Shown: positions 37,601-52,600 of the stretch, one piece after another
Layout of the letters: each line of letters opens with the position of its first letter
Numbering within the stretch: position 1 is the stretch's first letter
Source: Owenia fusiformis
Lineage: Eukaryota
DNA length: 64,000 nt
Assembly (NCBI GenBank): GCA_903813345.2
Contig: CAIIXF020000001.1
Coordinates: forward strand, 41,478,001 to 41,542,000
Direction of reading: 5' to 3'
Notes under the pieces: generated by a model
Told to the model about the DNA's origin: nothing
Databases searched by the model: none
What the model saw: the letters and a program-made list of their open reading frames with translations, nothing else
Position numbers and translations under genes: made by a program

Positions 37601-40600
37601 TAGAAGGAAGCAGGGTAGTCAGAAACTAGATGTAAGACTAGGTACAGTTGGATTTTAAGTTTCCTACTTCACAATTTTGATAGTTGTCTTGATAAAAATA
37701 TCTACAATATTTAGTATGGGTGGAATTACGTAATGGAAAACAAGTCTTAACAAAACTGAATTTTTGGAGTACTTTAACAATTTGAAGGTCAACCAAGTAG
37801 TCCTTAGGGGTCTGGGGATACTTTTAGCTATTGTTATCTCCCACTTGTCTGTTCATCTGTCTGTCAACATATAGGTACCTAATTCGAAATCCTCCACGAT
37901 AATTGAAATGGTTTCCCTTTTACAATCTCTCTATATCTAGTCTTAAATTGTTCCATAAATGGTGTCTCAAAAGCTTGCTTTGTTTCAAAATGGCAGCCAT
38001 TTTTATTGCGCAAAAATCAGACTTTCATCTTTTTTTTGTTCCCATTTCCACATGTATGCTATTATTGAAATTGTAGATACCAAGTTTCAACAAAAAAACG
38101 TCGCAAATATTCAAAATGGCTGCCACTTTTGTTGAAATATCACTGTTAAACATATACATAAAAATAACTTCTGAGTCGATGTTTGATAACTCCAGAACAC
38201 ATTGAGGTTTTATTAAATATAGTCTAGTAATTATCTTGTTATTTATAATACAAATCCTAAAATAAGTATTGATTTGCTTGAATTTATACAGGCAGCTAAT
38301 AATAAAGGTTAACAATATTGATAGCTAGAAGTTTTGTCAAAATATCTAGTAAAATTAGAAAATGACTGCCATTTTTATTATTATTACTGAAGTTGTTTTC
38401 AGCTCTTTTTGGTCTTAACTCCAAACGTATTCAGTCAACTACCTTGAAATTGTACAACTTACTACCTTATTTTATAAGCATATACTTATGTATGTTCAAA
38501 ATTGGCTTTAGGTCATTTGTAGAACATGTACAAGTAATATAATAGGCACACGAGTAATATGATAGGCACACGTACATTTAATTATGATTTCTTCTGGAGT
38601 CACCTTTAATAATAAGATTTGAATCAATCATCTAATGAATTAACCATGATATTACATCAAGCATACACAGTTTGCTTAGTTTGGATTGAAGTATGGTCTT
38701 ATTCTTGAATAATAGATTGATTAGAATAATATTGCATCTTTTTGATGCCTTTATATAATATAAGTGCAGGAATTCTAAGGGACTGGTAGAGTGACATTAA
38801 GGTAAAGGGGCTGGGAGGACTATTTGAGGTCTAAAATTTTTATATCTAGTCCCTGCTTATTTACATATAGTTACATTTATACTCAAGAGAGTATATGATA
38901 TATTCACTCGTTCCCTTCGGTCACTCGTGAATATATCATACTCACGAGAGTATACCGATATACAGAATCAACCATTATATGATCTTATTATCCCACCCTT
39001 ATCTTTAATCAATAAAAGGTTAATCTAAATTCATCAGCAGTTGTATATCAAGTCGTATACGCTGCCCAGGAGTTGTATACTCTATCCAGGAGTTGTATAT
39101 CGTTCTCAAGAGTTGTATACAATGAGTGTTGCAGTTATACAATGCTATTATACAATCATATAAAGCACTTAGGGTGGGATAATATTTATCAAACTATGCA
39201 TGACATATATTCAGAATGTGAAACAAGGCAACTTCATGATCATTATCAATATTAATTTTGTTATTCATGTTCTCAAACAATACTTTCTTGTTGCATTGAG
39301 CAATATGAAATGACTTTCATTGTCCTTTTCTCTAAAAATGTTTCACAATCTTCCATTTTGGTATTTGGCTTTGGCAACATGTCAAGTTGTTTACACAGTT
39401 TTAATCCAGATCTAGTTCAAATCTCACTCAAACAACACTATTGGATATGATTTAAGAAAAATTGTGTCAACCTTGATTCATCTTATATCAATATTTTGAC
39501 TCAATCTCTAGAAACAGGTTTTCAAACAAAGAGTAAAGCTGAAAAAACAATGTCAGGCAGAAACCGCTTTTACAGACTTAAAACTCAAAAGATAGAGCTG
39601 GTCAAAATAGTAACCTTAATATGAATTCCCCATTTCATTAACACATCTTGTATGCCCAAGGTACATGTATATATAAAGTACATGTATTCATAATTGAAGA
39701 TGAACCTGGTCAACGAGTATGCATTGGTCTTTCCTTTCTACAAGTTTTGAAATAAAATTTGATATAGATAGGGTTAAAATTGTCGACGTTTGAAAATTCA
39801 ATGTCTGATGGGGCTCTAGGTATAACTGTCCCTTCTTTTGTGACAAGAAATCTTTTCACTCTGGTTAATTAAGAGTGATATCAACTAAATATAACATATT
39901 ATGTCCATAAATTATACAATCTTACATTTTTTTATGTTTCTTAAAATGTGAAAATGTAAAACATTAACTTATCCATAAATCAAAACTCTATTGCAGGCCA
40001 AGCATTGCCAGGACAGGCTCCACCTGTACAGTTCATGGAGAAGCCCAATGTTGTAGGATGCCCCCCTGGCTTGGAGTACCTCACCCAGATAGACCAAATC
40101 CTCATTCACCAGCAGTTGGAGCTGTTAGAGGGTAAGTGCATGGGAAAATTGGAAATTGGAATAGTTTGTAAGGTATATACAGGGTATATATAAAGTCTTT
40201 ACACTTCACACAGACTTAGTATTTATTGTTATTGTAAAGAGACTTGATGGACACTAGCTATATGGACACCCTGTATATCGTTAACAACACATTTTCATTT
40301 GTGTGTTCAGCTGTATTAGCTCTTAGTGTTTGTCAATATTCTGTTCTCAAATGGTTTAATTTAAGTCTTCTCATCTTGTCCAATTATTAAATCTTAAACT
40401 CTCAAGATATTAGTCTTATTTGAATTATACAATTTTCAAAATGATCAATTCTCAAATTATTTAGTTCTGCTTTCAATATTAATCTGAAATGTTTTGTAGT
40501 CTAGTGACCAACCCACTCTACTATAAGGAGGTGAAATCAATAGTGTCAGAGGGAGTGGGACTACAGATTTTATCTATAATTTAAAATGTTTAAAAGTAAT

Positions 40601-43600
40601 AAATGTTACTATGTGTCGTATATAAAGAGATCAAGAAAATATATTATGGCTCAGAAATGAAGATAAAATAAAAATAGATATCTTCACTTGGATTTGAACC
40701 TGTTCTGCCTGAGTAAAAGGCAGGCTTGCTAACTACTACACTGGCCACCATGCTAGATGCTCACGGTTGAGTAATTTTTCCAAATATATCAATGGTTTTT
40801 GAAAAAGTCATATCACTACACTATAATTATTAGAAAATAATCATACCAATGATTTTAGATTGCATGTCTGAGTAAATATTCAAAGCAAAATTTAGAATAA
40901 ATGATGTTTTATCCATTTTTCACTTTGAGAATCTATTTCCTGTCATAGCTAGTTCAAAATGCAAGGCCTAGAAATGTCTGTTTCGATTTCAATTTCCAAA
41001 TTGATATATATCCATGGCTCAACTGTTTTTTGCACCTGAACCCATGCTGCAGTTGGGCCATAAATAGATGAGTAGTCAATTTTCTATCACAATTTCCAAA
41101 CCATGGTGGTTTGAAAGCCCATATTTTTCAATAATGTCTAGATACGTATCTACATGTATTTCATTGAGAAATATTGCTTGAAACTCTCATTTCTCCCTCA
41201 AAAGTACTTGAATGTTGCTATAAGGTTGTATTTACCCGTGTCAGTGTTCACATTTTAAACCTACCCTTATAAAAAATTCAACCTTGAAAGTCCGAATTTA
41301 AACCGTTGCACAATCATTGTACAATCATTGATCCGATCATTTATGCAACCATGCCAACCGTTACAATGCAACCATTACAATTTTGGTTGTAAACTCATTG
41401 AAAATGTTTCAATCATATGTAACCATTGTCAACGCTTGACAATTTTGATTGAATTTCTTGCAACCGTTTCAATCGAATGCAACCCTTTAAACCTATGGTA
41501 ATATTATCTCAATGCAACATAAAATAATTATATTGCTCTTTAAAATATATTTTTCAAATGTATGTATTTCATGCATACATGTCAGAATTTAAATTTTTTT
41601 GATCAAAAAGATATTTAAAGTATTGCAATAGTTTAGTAAACTTGTCTTGTGAATGAAAATATATTGAACCAATTTCCATCTAACCTTGAAGGATGGTGAT
41701 TGTCCCACTCGCATGTATATTATCTAGATAACAGCAATGCTAAGGCATAGCAAATCCCCTCGCTGTCATAACAATCATTTTTACAAAATCCCTTCACTAC
41801 TTTTCAAGTTATTGCAAAAACATTTGAAATAATTTTGATTGGGTCAAGTCTTGAATTTTACAAATTCAGACACTTATAACTTCACCTTCACCTGAGTAAT
41901 TATCACAATTATAAAGGAGGGAAGATCTGTCTGGAAGGAAGAAAGAAATCCTTCAATCAGAAAATAATTGATTTGATATTTTTGATTTGATAGAGAAAAT
42001 GCAATCAGACATTACAGGATGTGTTTTAAATAATTAAGTCAATAAGCATAACTTAAAAAATTCTGATTACAGAAAGACTCAGTCTCTTTAGTTTGATTAG
42101 AGTCTGCTTTGAAGGATTTGTCTAAAGAAACTTTATTAATCCATAAACAAAACAAAAATAATTCGGCAAGGCAAACAAACCTTATAACAGAGAGACTCTC
42201 AGTTTGATTAGAGTCTGCTATAAAGGAAGCATCCTATGTAATTTAATTATTCCATACACAGAACATGATCAATAATTTGCCAAAGAAAATTTCCTTTATT
42301 TTCCTCCAGATTTTTTCAAGTTGAGAGTTTTGAAAAATAAGCCCTGTTTTTTTTTAAATTTTTTAATCATTGACACATATTATTTAAACTGAAACTTGTA
42401 AATGCTATGCCCTAGTGAATACAGTAAAGCCATAAACTTTCAATTTATTGAATGCCCATGGTAAAAAAACTAAATAAAAATGAAATAAAAAATTCTGAAA
42501 ATAGTATTTGCAGTTTCATATACTTGCTATTTGAGATTTCTCAGCACTTGTTAAATTAATTGAATAAAGAAATAAATCCTCAAAAATCTGAAAACACTTT
42601 TCAAATTTTTACCCCCCCCCCCTCTCTGCATGAAATAGAGATTAAAAATATATATATAGTATAACACAATATGAAAATAAATATAACAGAAACTAGGAAT
42701 ATGAACCCTATTTCTGGTCAAGCATTTTAATTAGCTGTTCAACCGTTTTAATTAGCTGTTCAAGCGTTTTAATTAGCTGTTCAACCGTTTTAATTGGCTG
42801 TTCAAGCATTCTGATTTGCCTAAACCATGAGAATATCAATATGTAGTAGGTATTGTTTGATCATCAGTCTGATCATGAACAAAAACCATTGTGCCTCATC
42901 TTGTGATTTTGTTAAGTTTAAAGGAAATCTTAAGATGTTCCTTTGTCAATTTCTTAACCAAATTGGAATTTTGCTCAATTCTTTTCATAATTAACATCAT
43001 TTTGGCAATATCTGATAAAGGGAAATAAACACTAAATATGGTACTTTTAATTTGTGTAAATAATGTAAATGACAGAGAACATAAATTATCATATGCCATT
43101 GAGTGGAAAACTAGTCTGGTATCGCATTCCTAAATTCGTACTTGAGAAAGAAACATATTAACATGAATTAAGTTATTTACTATAATAAACATGCATGTAT
43201 GCTTGCAGAAAAAATATCCTAATATACTATTGTTTAATAGAGGTAGATTCAAATCCTTACTTAAAAATAATTTTAATTCAGGTAAAATGATAATTTTTTG
43301 GAACGATACTAATTCAGGATGGTTGCAGGGGTTGAACTGTGTAATCATTGAACAAAACAAATTGTAACCATTTACATTTCAATGTGAAATGGTTGCAGTT
43401 TACAATGGTTTCAGATTACAATGATTGTATAGAAACGGTTGCGCATTCGTTGAAAAAGAGTTGACTTCGCTTGGTTGAACACAATGGTTGCACAATGATT
43501 GCTTATCATCGTACAATGGTTTTTCCTTTGATCTTGGTAGTTGAAACAATCATTATTCAATGATTGGTGGAAACGGTTTAAATTCGGACTTTCAAGGTTG

Positions 43601-46600
43601 AATTTTTTATAAGGGTAAAAAAATCATATCATAGAACAGTCTGCCCTCACTAGGTATTTTCAATAGTTCAATAAGTAGGTACCATTGAAGACCATATCAT
43701 CAAACATTCAGATCATTGATTTTTACAAATCTGTCAGCTTGCCATTGATATATGCATGTATGTACAGTACTATAGAGTTGTTATCAATAACAACTTTATT
43801 GATAACATCTTTCAAGAGCAAGGCCCTCAAAAAGATTATAACATGTACATGAACATCTTGATGTCATTTTCAAGAGTCTACAAAACTTACTCTATTATTC
43901 CATAAAGTGTACTGAGAAGGCATGGTAGTAATATTAGAAAGAGAATAGAGGGGAGTGGTACATGGACTTTATGCAAGCTTTTTATACAGAGGTGCATCCC
44001 TTTACTCCAGTTTTTCAGAAATATTGCCAGAAAACTTAGAAGAAAATCAAAGGATTATTGTGAAATAAAGTCAAAGCTGTTGGAAAAGGGCCATAACAAG
44101 GAATGTTATATGCAAAATATATTATAACCTAATATAACTCTTATCTCATCTCTAGTTTTTGTTACCAATTTAAGCTCAAATACTGTAGAGGACCAGGTGC
44201 TTCGGTTCGGGACACTGGACAGAAAGGGTTAATATCGATCCGGTATCGGTACATAAATTCCTTCCCTAAAATGCATAAAAATGTATATAAATAGCGAGGA
44301 ACATGAAATATTTTCCCTTACCTCATACGACTAAGATGTCACTTCTTTGCATTGAAAAGTGTTATTAGATATGTTAGCAAATACATCCATCTGCTCCAAT
44401 AATCCAGTGAGAATTCCTCACTTCACAAGTTTTTGGTGAATTTCATAACGTCTTGGTTGCTTCGTGTTAATGGTCTATTAACGTCCTGGTTGCTTAAATG
44501 AAGAATTCTCACTCGATTATAGGAGCCCTTGGATGTATGTACTCGTGACTGATTCGCTATTCAGTATCGGGTGCTACTATTAATATAAGGGTAAAATATT
44601 TGGATACAAATTGAGCTCCTCCTCGGTGAAAATGACAAAAATAATAATTTCCTGCGACGGAAGTTCTCCATTTTGTTATTATAAAGATGTAACGTCTTTT
44701 ATAACCAGGTGGGGACCAGTGATAACAGCATTTAAGGCATAACTTTTGAACTGAAAATGTCAAATTCAGTGCATCCTCTTTTGGTTGTGTGCTTCTAATT
44801 CCTTACATACCCCATCATGATAAACCATGACATCTCATTTCTTCTCAGCCCTGAGATTTCAGGTGAAACAGATGCTATGAGTATCAGAATATATATACCC
44901 CTAGAACAATATTTCATTTTAAACCTACAATACAAGGTAGAGAGATTGGGAGTAACTTGATTTCAAGGCATATCAACATCTATTGCATGATTAAGTTTGC
45001 TGGCAATACTTTATACTTTGCTTCCTGTGCTTTTCGTTCCTTCCTTGAATTCAAATGTCAACATTAAAGTATGATTGAACAATTTCAGTTCAAGCATGCA
45101 GATGGATTTTTCTAACATTTTATAAGCTAATCTTTTTCTAATACTATGTGTATATATTAATTGAGAGTCCTTTTTCTGTATTGTATATTTACAACAATAG
45201 AGTTGACTTGTAAAACTCTGTCTGATCAGTTAATGAAATGTGATTAGTGATGGGACACCGATCACCTCATTTCTGCATGTTTTTCTCGTATGACTATACA
45301 TAAATCTATTTGTATATAAGATGTAAATCTCATTGGTGTATAGGTTGACACAAATAAGCAATAAGGGCAAATGGAAATCTACCAAGTTAGATATATACTA
45401 ACATAGTAGAGACATTTTCTGTAACTGATCAAAAATTCACATTTTCACAGGAAAATTCAATCATAATACACACATATACATGTATATACCTTACATTTCA
45501 TTTGCCTGTTATCCTAATTAAAATGATACAGCATAGCCTATATTTATTAATTCAAGGTATTAAGGATATTGTCCAGATTGTCATTTTCAAAAATTCTAAG
45601 TGGTCGTAGGTGTGTCTGTAGATAATTGTCCTTTCTTGTTGTTTGACGTCACTGTGCTAAGTATACAGCAGGTGGGATTATTTGTAGTTTAAATACATGT
45701 ATGTAAGTTTAATTTGTTTTAAATTGAAGTTCATATCTTATATTTATTTGTGTATGGTTTCTACATTTTGAGGCTGAATTTATATGTAATCTGTAATTTC
45801 AGTTGTGACTGGATTTGAGACAAAGAACCGTTATGCGATCAAGAATTCTATGGGACAACAGGTGTACTTTGCTCAAGAGGAGTCTGATTGCTGTATGAGA
45901 CAATGCTGTGGACCACAGAGGGGCTTCACTATGCACATCACGGACAACCTTGGCCAGGTAGGAATTTCAGAGTTTAAGAATTAGTGCTGACCTGCATAGT
46001 CAGTTCCCACGCTCAATCACTAGGTTCTTTCATAGAGGATAGGTCCGAAGCTTGATGAAGCAAGATGGCTGGCCTGTAGGACAATGCCATCTTAATTTTA
46101 CTACAAATATGATTACAGATTGAACTGATTTCCTGGTATTTAACTGGTATTTCAGTAAAATAACACAATAGCCAGTCTTATACAGAAGACCTGAAATCCT
46201 TATGCCATCCTAGGTAAGATTGTACCCTGACTTTAACAGTTTAATCTTGCAGCGTTGTGCTCTGCATTCTTTTCTCTTACAGGTAAGAGAGATAAGTGAT
46301 ATGTACTGCATTTCAATGTAAGACTATTGCTGATATAGCATGAATTACAATGAGATTCTTATATCGACCTATGACACTCCAACTGTTATCATTATTGATT
46401 AATCCCATGGAACCAGGAAGTGGTTTATATTATTAATCTTTGTTATCGAATCTTTTTCTGAATGTATCTCGTACATGGGTATATTCTAGTTTAGTTACAA
46501 ATACGTGGAGAAACATCTATTAATAAGATATTAATGAAAATGTAGGACACAATCACCCCGTTACAGCATATATTTTCATAGTAATTGTATGTAACAGCAA

Positions 46601-49600
46601 AAAATAACTTAAATTCTCGAAAACAAACAATGAGATTTCTTTAATTTTTTACCATGGATACAATAAGAAAATGTGCCAAACTTTTGATTGACATACACCA
46701 ATGTTTGAAAATAAAATAGTCAATTTTTAGAATTGGCTAAGGTAGAAACAGTTACTTTGATATTTGCAATACTGTGTATATAGTGGTGTCTACTTCAATT
46801 CAATTCAATTTCAAAATAATTTATTTCAGTTTTCATTACAAAAATTACAACATTATACAGGCTGACTTGTTTTCATAGTGATTGTTGAACCAATGAAAGT
46901 ATTGAAAATAACACCTTTATCATGAGTATATGTACTAGTGTTGTCGCGATGTGCCATAATCGTACATCGATGCATCGGCAATTTTCAGAAGTAAACATCG
47001 ATGTACATCGCGCATCGCGATGTACATCGAGAAAAAGTCCTAGAAAAGTGCACTGAAATACCGAACGCTAATGCACTAAAATACAGAACGCTGGTTCATC
47101 CGGGAACTTCTAGAAACGGTGAAATGAAAGTAAAGTAATTTTTATTAGATTAATGGTTCATTTCGACTAGCTAAAACAGTTTTGAAGCGAAATAATATCA
47201 GAAAACATTGGGAAATGAAATAAGACATGAGAAAGTTCAGCGATTTGCTTCAAAATAAGATAAGAAAGGGTGATTTTTAGCAAATGAATTTTCTTTTAAA
47301 ACATCGATGTTTTGTTTCAGACATCGATGCATCGCCAGAATCAGCTTTGGCGATGTATATCGCGATGTATCGATTAATCGCGACAACACTAATATGTACC
47401 ACAATGTTTCCTCAATGTGTTCATCATTGTATGATCTCTTTTTATCAAAATATATTATTTTAGAACTCCGGAACAACCCAAGATTCCATATTGTTGGGTT
47501 ACCCTTCTTTGAACTGAAGGTCAGCCAAAGGTCAAATCTCAAATCTAAGGTCATATATGAACTCCTGGCAACTTGTAAGTTGAAATTTGACCTTTTTTCA
47601 GATCGCTGAGCTCTTATATCTCAAAACTGGTGCAAAGTTGTTATAAGTTTAATTGCTAATATGTGTAGAACCTTTAGAGGAATCTTTATCCTGATTTTCC
47701 GCCAAAACTGTTCATTTGTAGTCTCAAAATTTGAGAAATTTAAATAACACGACATTTATGACCTAGTTTGACCTTGAACATTTTACTTTTTCAGAATGAA
47801 TAATAAATGATGGTAATATTGACAAAATAAATAGGAGGCACAACTTTCTTTTAAACTGAAGAGCCCTTACTAGACGGGTAGGAAGGAGGGGTTCCCATGC
47901 ACCCGAAAGATGAATTTTTTTAATGTACATTTTTGTAATCCTAATGGTCCAAACTAAAGATTTTTACATGTTCCCAGAATGAAATATTGTCCCATGGTAT
48001 CCATTGGCGGCCATCTTGTCAGCCATCTTGAATTTTTGAAAGAGTTGATGTTAATTATCTCAAAGTACAATAACTTCCACAGTTTTGAGAATTGAAAGCT
48101 GTAAGTGGTACCAAAATGAAGCTATTATAGTATCCTATATTATCAGATGCAAAAATTATGCAAATTGCCTCATTTGCATAAAATGTGACATCATCAATCA
48201 TAATTCTTGCCTCTTTACAACGGTATCGCATTATACCTTTCCGCCTGTGATCAGTCTTAGTCATTCATGAACATAAATGAATTTAAATATTTTGGTACAT
48301 TAATTTTGAACATATTTGCAATTGAAAGTTTTGGAAAAACATTGTCAGACACATGATTATGTAACTGAAAAGGGGCGTGGCACTTCTTGCGAAAGAATTG
48401 ATGTTAATCATTTCAAAGTACAATAACTTCCACAGTTTTGAGAATTGAAAGCTGTATGTGGTACCAAAATGAAGCTATTATAGTATCCTATATTATGAGA
48501 TTAATAATTAAGCAAATAGTCTCATTTGCATAAAATGTGACATCATTAATCATAATTTTTGCCTCTTTACAATGGTATCGCACAATACCTTGCTGCCTGA
48601 GTGACCAGTCTTAGTCATCCATGAACATACATGAATTTCAATATATAGGTACATTAATTTTTAACATATTTGCAATTGAAAGTTTTGGAAAAAAATTGTC
48701 AGACACTAAGTTATAACACTTTACATGATTATGTTACTGAAAAGGGGCGTGGCATTTCTTGAGAAAGAGTTGATGTTAATCATTTGAAAGTACAATAACT
48801 TCCACAGTTTTGAGAATTGAAAGCTGTAAGTGGTACCAAAATGGAGCTATTATAATATACTTATAGAAAATGCAATAATTATGCAAACTTTCCCATTTGC
48901 ATAATATGTGACAAGCTGTATCAATTTTGGGCTTTTTTCAATGGTTACGACCAATATCTCTCCCTCTGGGTTAATGTCTTGGTTATTCATGAGCATTTAT
49001 GATTTTGAATATATAGGTACATTAATTTTGAACATACTTGCAACTGAAATTTTGGAAAAACTATTAGAAATTAAGTGTTGACACTTCACACGATTATGTA
49101 ACTGAAAAGGGGGGGGGGGCACTTCTTGTTCAAAATGTTAACTTCTAAACACTAATGTCAACTTCAAAGGCTGAAGCTGCTCTAGCAGAGTCATGTAGAT
49201 AGAGCTCAATGTTGCTTATTGGTGAAATGTTGGCCAAATTTTGCAGCTTGTGTGCACCGCTTACGAGTACATGATGTGTTCATTATGACAGTGTAATTCC
49301 AATATGACAGCACAATACAAGTCAGGCTATTTTATTGTCACATATGCAAAAGTCGATCTGATGAGACATGTTAGAAGTGGTAGTGGTTAATAGTGCCCAG
49401 ATCAAAGAAACGCAAGATAGATATTGAAGATAGGCCCAGATCAAAGTATGGACATCCTCAGCCTCAATCATGACGCCATCTGTATTGTCCATCAGTGGGA
49501 GCTGTAACCCAAATACTGAGTATATGATTTAATGTACGTGTCATTTAGTTGCCATGCACTTGGGGCAGTTGGCAGTTTCTTCCTTGCCCCAAAGTCTGGG

Positions 49601-52600
49601 GTTTGATGGAGTTGAGACCAGGCCAAGGAAAGTTCTTAATAGGAAATTGAACTCCCCTCGGTCCATGGACCAAAGGTCATTCCATTTCAAGAATTGCTGA
49701 AGTGAGGGTTCCCAGGTAATGTCGTAAATCTGGAAAGGCCACTGAAATTGGGGAGTAATGTCATAACACCCCGATATATGACTTGAGTCAATGGCTTTAA
49801 GCCACTTGTCCAGGTCCCTTGAGACTTCAGCTGTATTGTTCAAACCACGCAAGGTTTTGTCATAGTTCTTCTCTAGACATTTGATTCTTTTATCATGCAC
49901 TGTTGGTATTTGCTTGCCCTTTATTTTTGAACTGCATTGGAGAAAGCTTGCCATCAACCAAAACCATGCTTCTTGACCTGGTTGGCTTTTAACTTCATGC
50001 AAGTCCAGTTTGCCATTCTTTCCATAGCTAATAGAACCCATCTGGTACTCACTACTGAACGGGTCATAACTGTGATGTCATCCATGAAAGCTCTGTATGG
50101 TAGGTGTTTTGCACCTTCATTTGCTTGTGGAACCTTACACTGCATCATCCCTGCATTTAGCAGTAAGTTCATGGATGTTACGAAGAGAACTACTGATACA
50201 GTGCAGTCTGCCACTATGCCTTTCTCCGAACTCTGCTAATTAGTGGTATAATTGCAAAATGTATTGTGCAACTTCAAGGAGTTTGTGTTTCCCATTGTCA
50301 GATTGACTACTAGATTGGTACGTGAAAGTGAACTTGTACCTCTAGTATCAGTTGGTGAGGGACACTAGGTAGGCCTTCTGTTCAGCCAAACTACTGATTC
50401 TCTTTCTTGGCTTCCTTCACAAGTTGGCTTATGCTGCTATATGTACCCCATGATGTCTTGGGAGACCACTTTTCTGAATGCTTGGCAGGCCACTAGGAAA
50501 CAACTTCGAGGCTTGACCATAATGGCCCAGAAGATCTTTCCCTCAGCATCCAATAATGATGTCTACCTGAACTGGTTCAGTCGCTCAAATTTTAGCTCCT
50601 TTGGAATGAAGCACCTTTCCGCCTAAGTCCAAGTCTTTGCTAGATTTTTTTTGTTCTGGATGCTTGTTAGCAATCGCCATAGATGTATTAACAGCTTTCC
50701 GCAGTTCTTGTAGACCCTGTATGTCACACCTTTTAGACCTGAGGCTGAGCCTTCCTGATGATTGTTCAAAGATTTTCAAAGAATGTCTTCCTGGTCCTAT
50801 GCTTCTCTTTTCCTGAGTGTTTCTATCTTTGGAAGAAGAATCTTTGGATGACTAAGATGAAGTAATCTCTTAAGAAGCATCTGTTGGAGCTCTCTTGCTA
50901 GTGATGAAGCCGTCCACTAACACTGCCGGCTTCATCTCTCCTTCCCAAGAGAAGCCTTTGTCTTCTACTTGGCCCAACACAATGGTGTTTCACAGATGTT
51001 TCCTCCACTCCTTGTCCTCGCATCTGGGATGGAAATCGTTCTAACTTGGATAAGAGGTAGCATAGTGAAGAGGCTGGGCTCTGCATCCCACTTCTATTGG
51101 TTGCATAACTGCATACCACCCTCTTGTCATCAAATAGGTCTTGGATTTTTAAGCTGATGAGATATTTTAGTTGGTCTTCTGAAGGTACCATGAGCTCATT
51201 GAAGATGATGGTCCTACTGTGTTTTGACATCAGCACTGAGTTTTTGGAAGAGGTCACTTGAGAGTCCAGTCGGATGGATGTCTTGGATAACACATTGAAC
51301 TGAGGTACAGGCTTAATACATATTGAGTTAATAATTATATAGCTTTAACAACTTAATACTGTGGGTACCCTTTTCAGTTCATTGCCTATCCTAAAATGAT
51401 ATGGGGATATGTGGTCATTCGTATCTGTACAGTACTTAGTTCAAAAGTGATACAGCTTATATATCTTTGGCTGAAATTTAAATGTCTGCCAAACAGACCA
51501 ACAAGAATTTCTGAACAAGCTAGGAATAAGGGACATCACTGGGCTACTTTCTAAAAGTCAAAAGCTATATTTTACACCCAGGGGGTTCACTATATATAAA
51601 CCTTGACGGGGGTACCTCTTTTAACATTTGATATGGCATTGGATCCAAATTTTAGGATCTGGAATGAGAATGCCCCCAAAATATGACTTTTGAGGTATGA
51701 CAATGGTCGGATTTTTCTACTTTGTGGTACAAGAATGGTCATGGAGAATAGGTTACCTCTCACTTGTGGTATGGGATTGGTCTAGTTTTTACAAATGTCC
51801 TTAATTTGAGGTTGTTTTGGATCATTTTCCTAAAAGTTCTGCCTTCTTCCAGGGGCTTTAGACATTTTGCATTCCCTTGGTCTTATATTTTTGGGATATT
51901 TGGAATGGCATTAGTCCTATATTTGGACATTTGATATAGCATTGGTCTTATATTTGGATATTTGGTATGGCTTTTGGGCATTATTTTGGTTGGTATGGGA
52001 ACACATTGAAATTTGAGATTGGTATGGGAACATAATGATATCTGAGGGCTCAGCCTAGGACCCCTACAAAATTGTGTATTCAGTGAACCCCTGGGTATTT
52101 TACAAATGATACATTGACTATATAATAACATTACAGATTTTCAACAAGTACCACGCCCCTTTTCAGAACAATAATCATTTGAAAGGTCATACCTTAATTT
52201 CTGACAATGTTTTTCTAAAACTTTCAATGCAAATATGTTCAAACTTTCAATTGCAAACATGTTTAAAATGAATGTATATATTTAATATCTTTTTATTCAT
52301 GAGAGACCAAGACTGGTCACTCAGAGGAAAAGGCAATATGCATTACGTTGAAAAAGGGCAAAAATAATGATTGATGATGTCATATTTTATGCAAATATGG
52401 TAATTAACATAATTATTGTATCTTATAATATAGGATATTGTGATAGCTTCAGTTTGGTACCACTAACAGCTGTCAACTCTCAAAACTGTGGAAGTTATTG
52501 TACTTTGAAATGATTAACATCAATTCTTTCGCAAGAAGTGCCACGCCCCTTTTCAGTTACATAATCATGTGTCTGACAATGTTTTCCAAAACTTTCAATT

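Noticed and set aside
37840..38450. Degenerate HINE-like motifs (gtct tract, aaaatggc.gccat)
   Set aside because: Too decayed to define boundaries; the same applies to ~47480-47800.
44187..44778. Possible GAGGA...TCCTC-ended transposon
   Set aside because: The terminal match is too short and there is no TSD.
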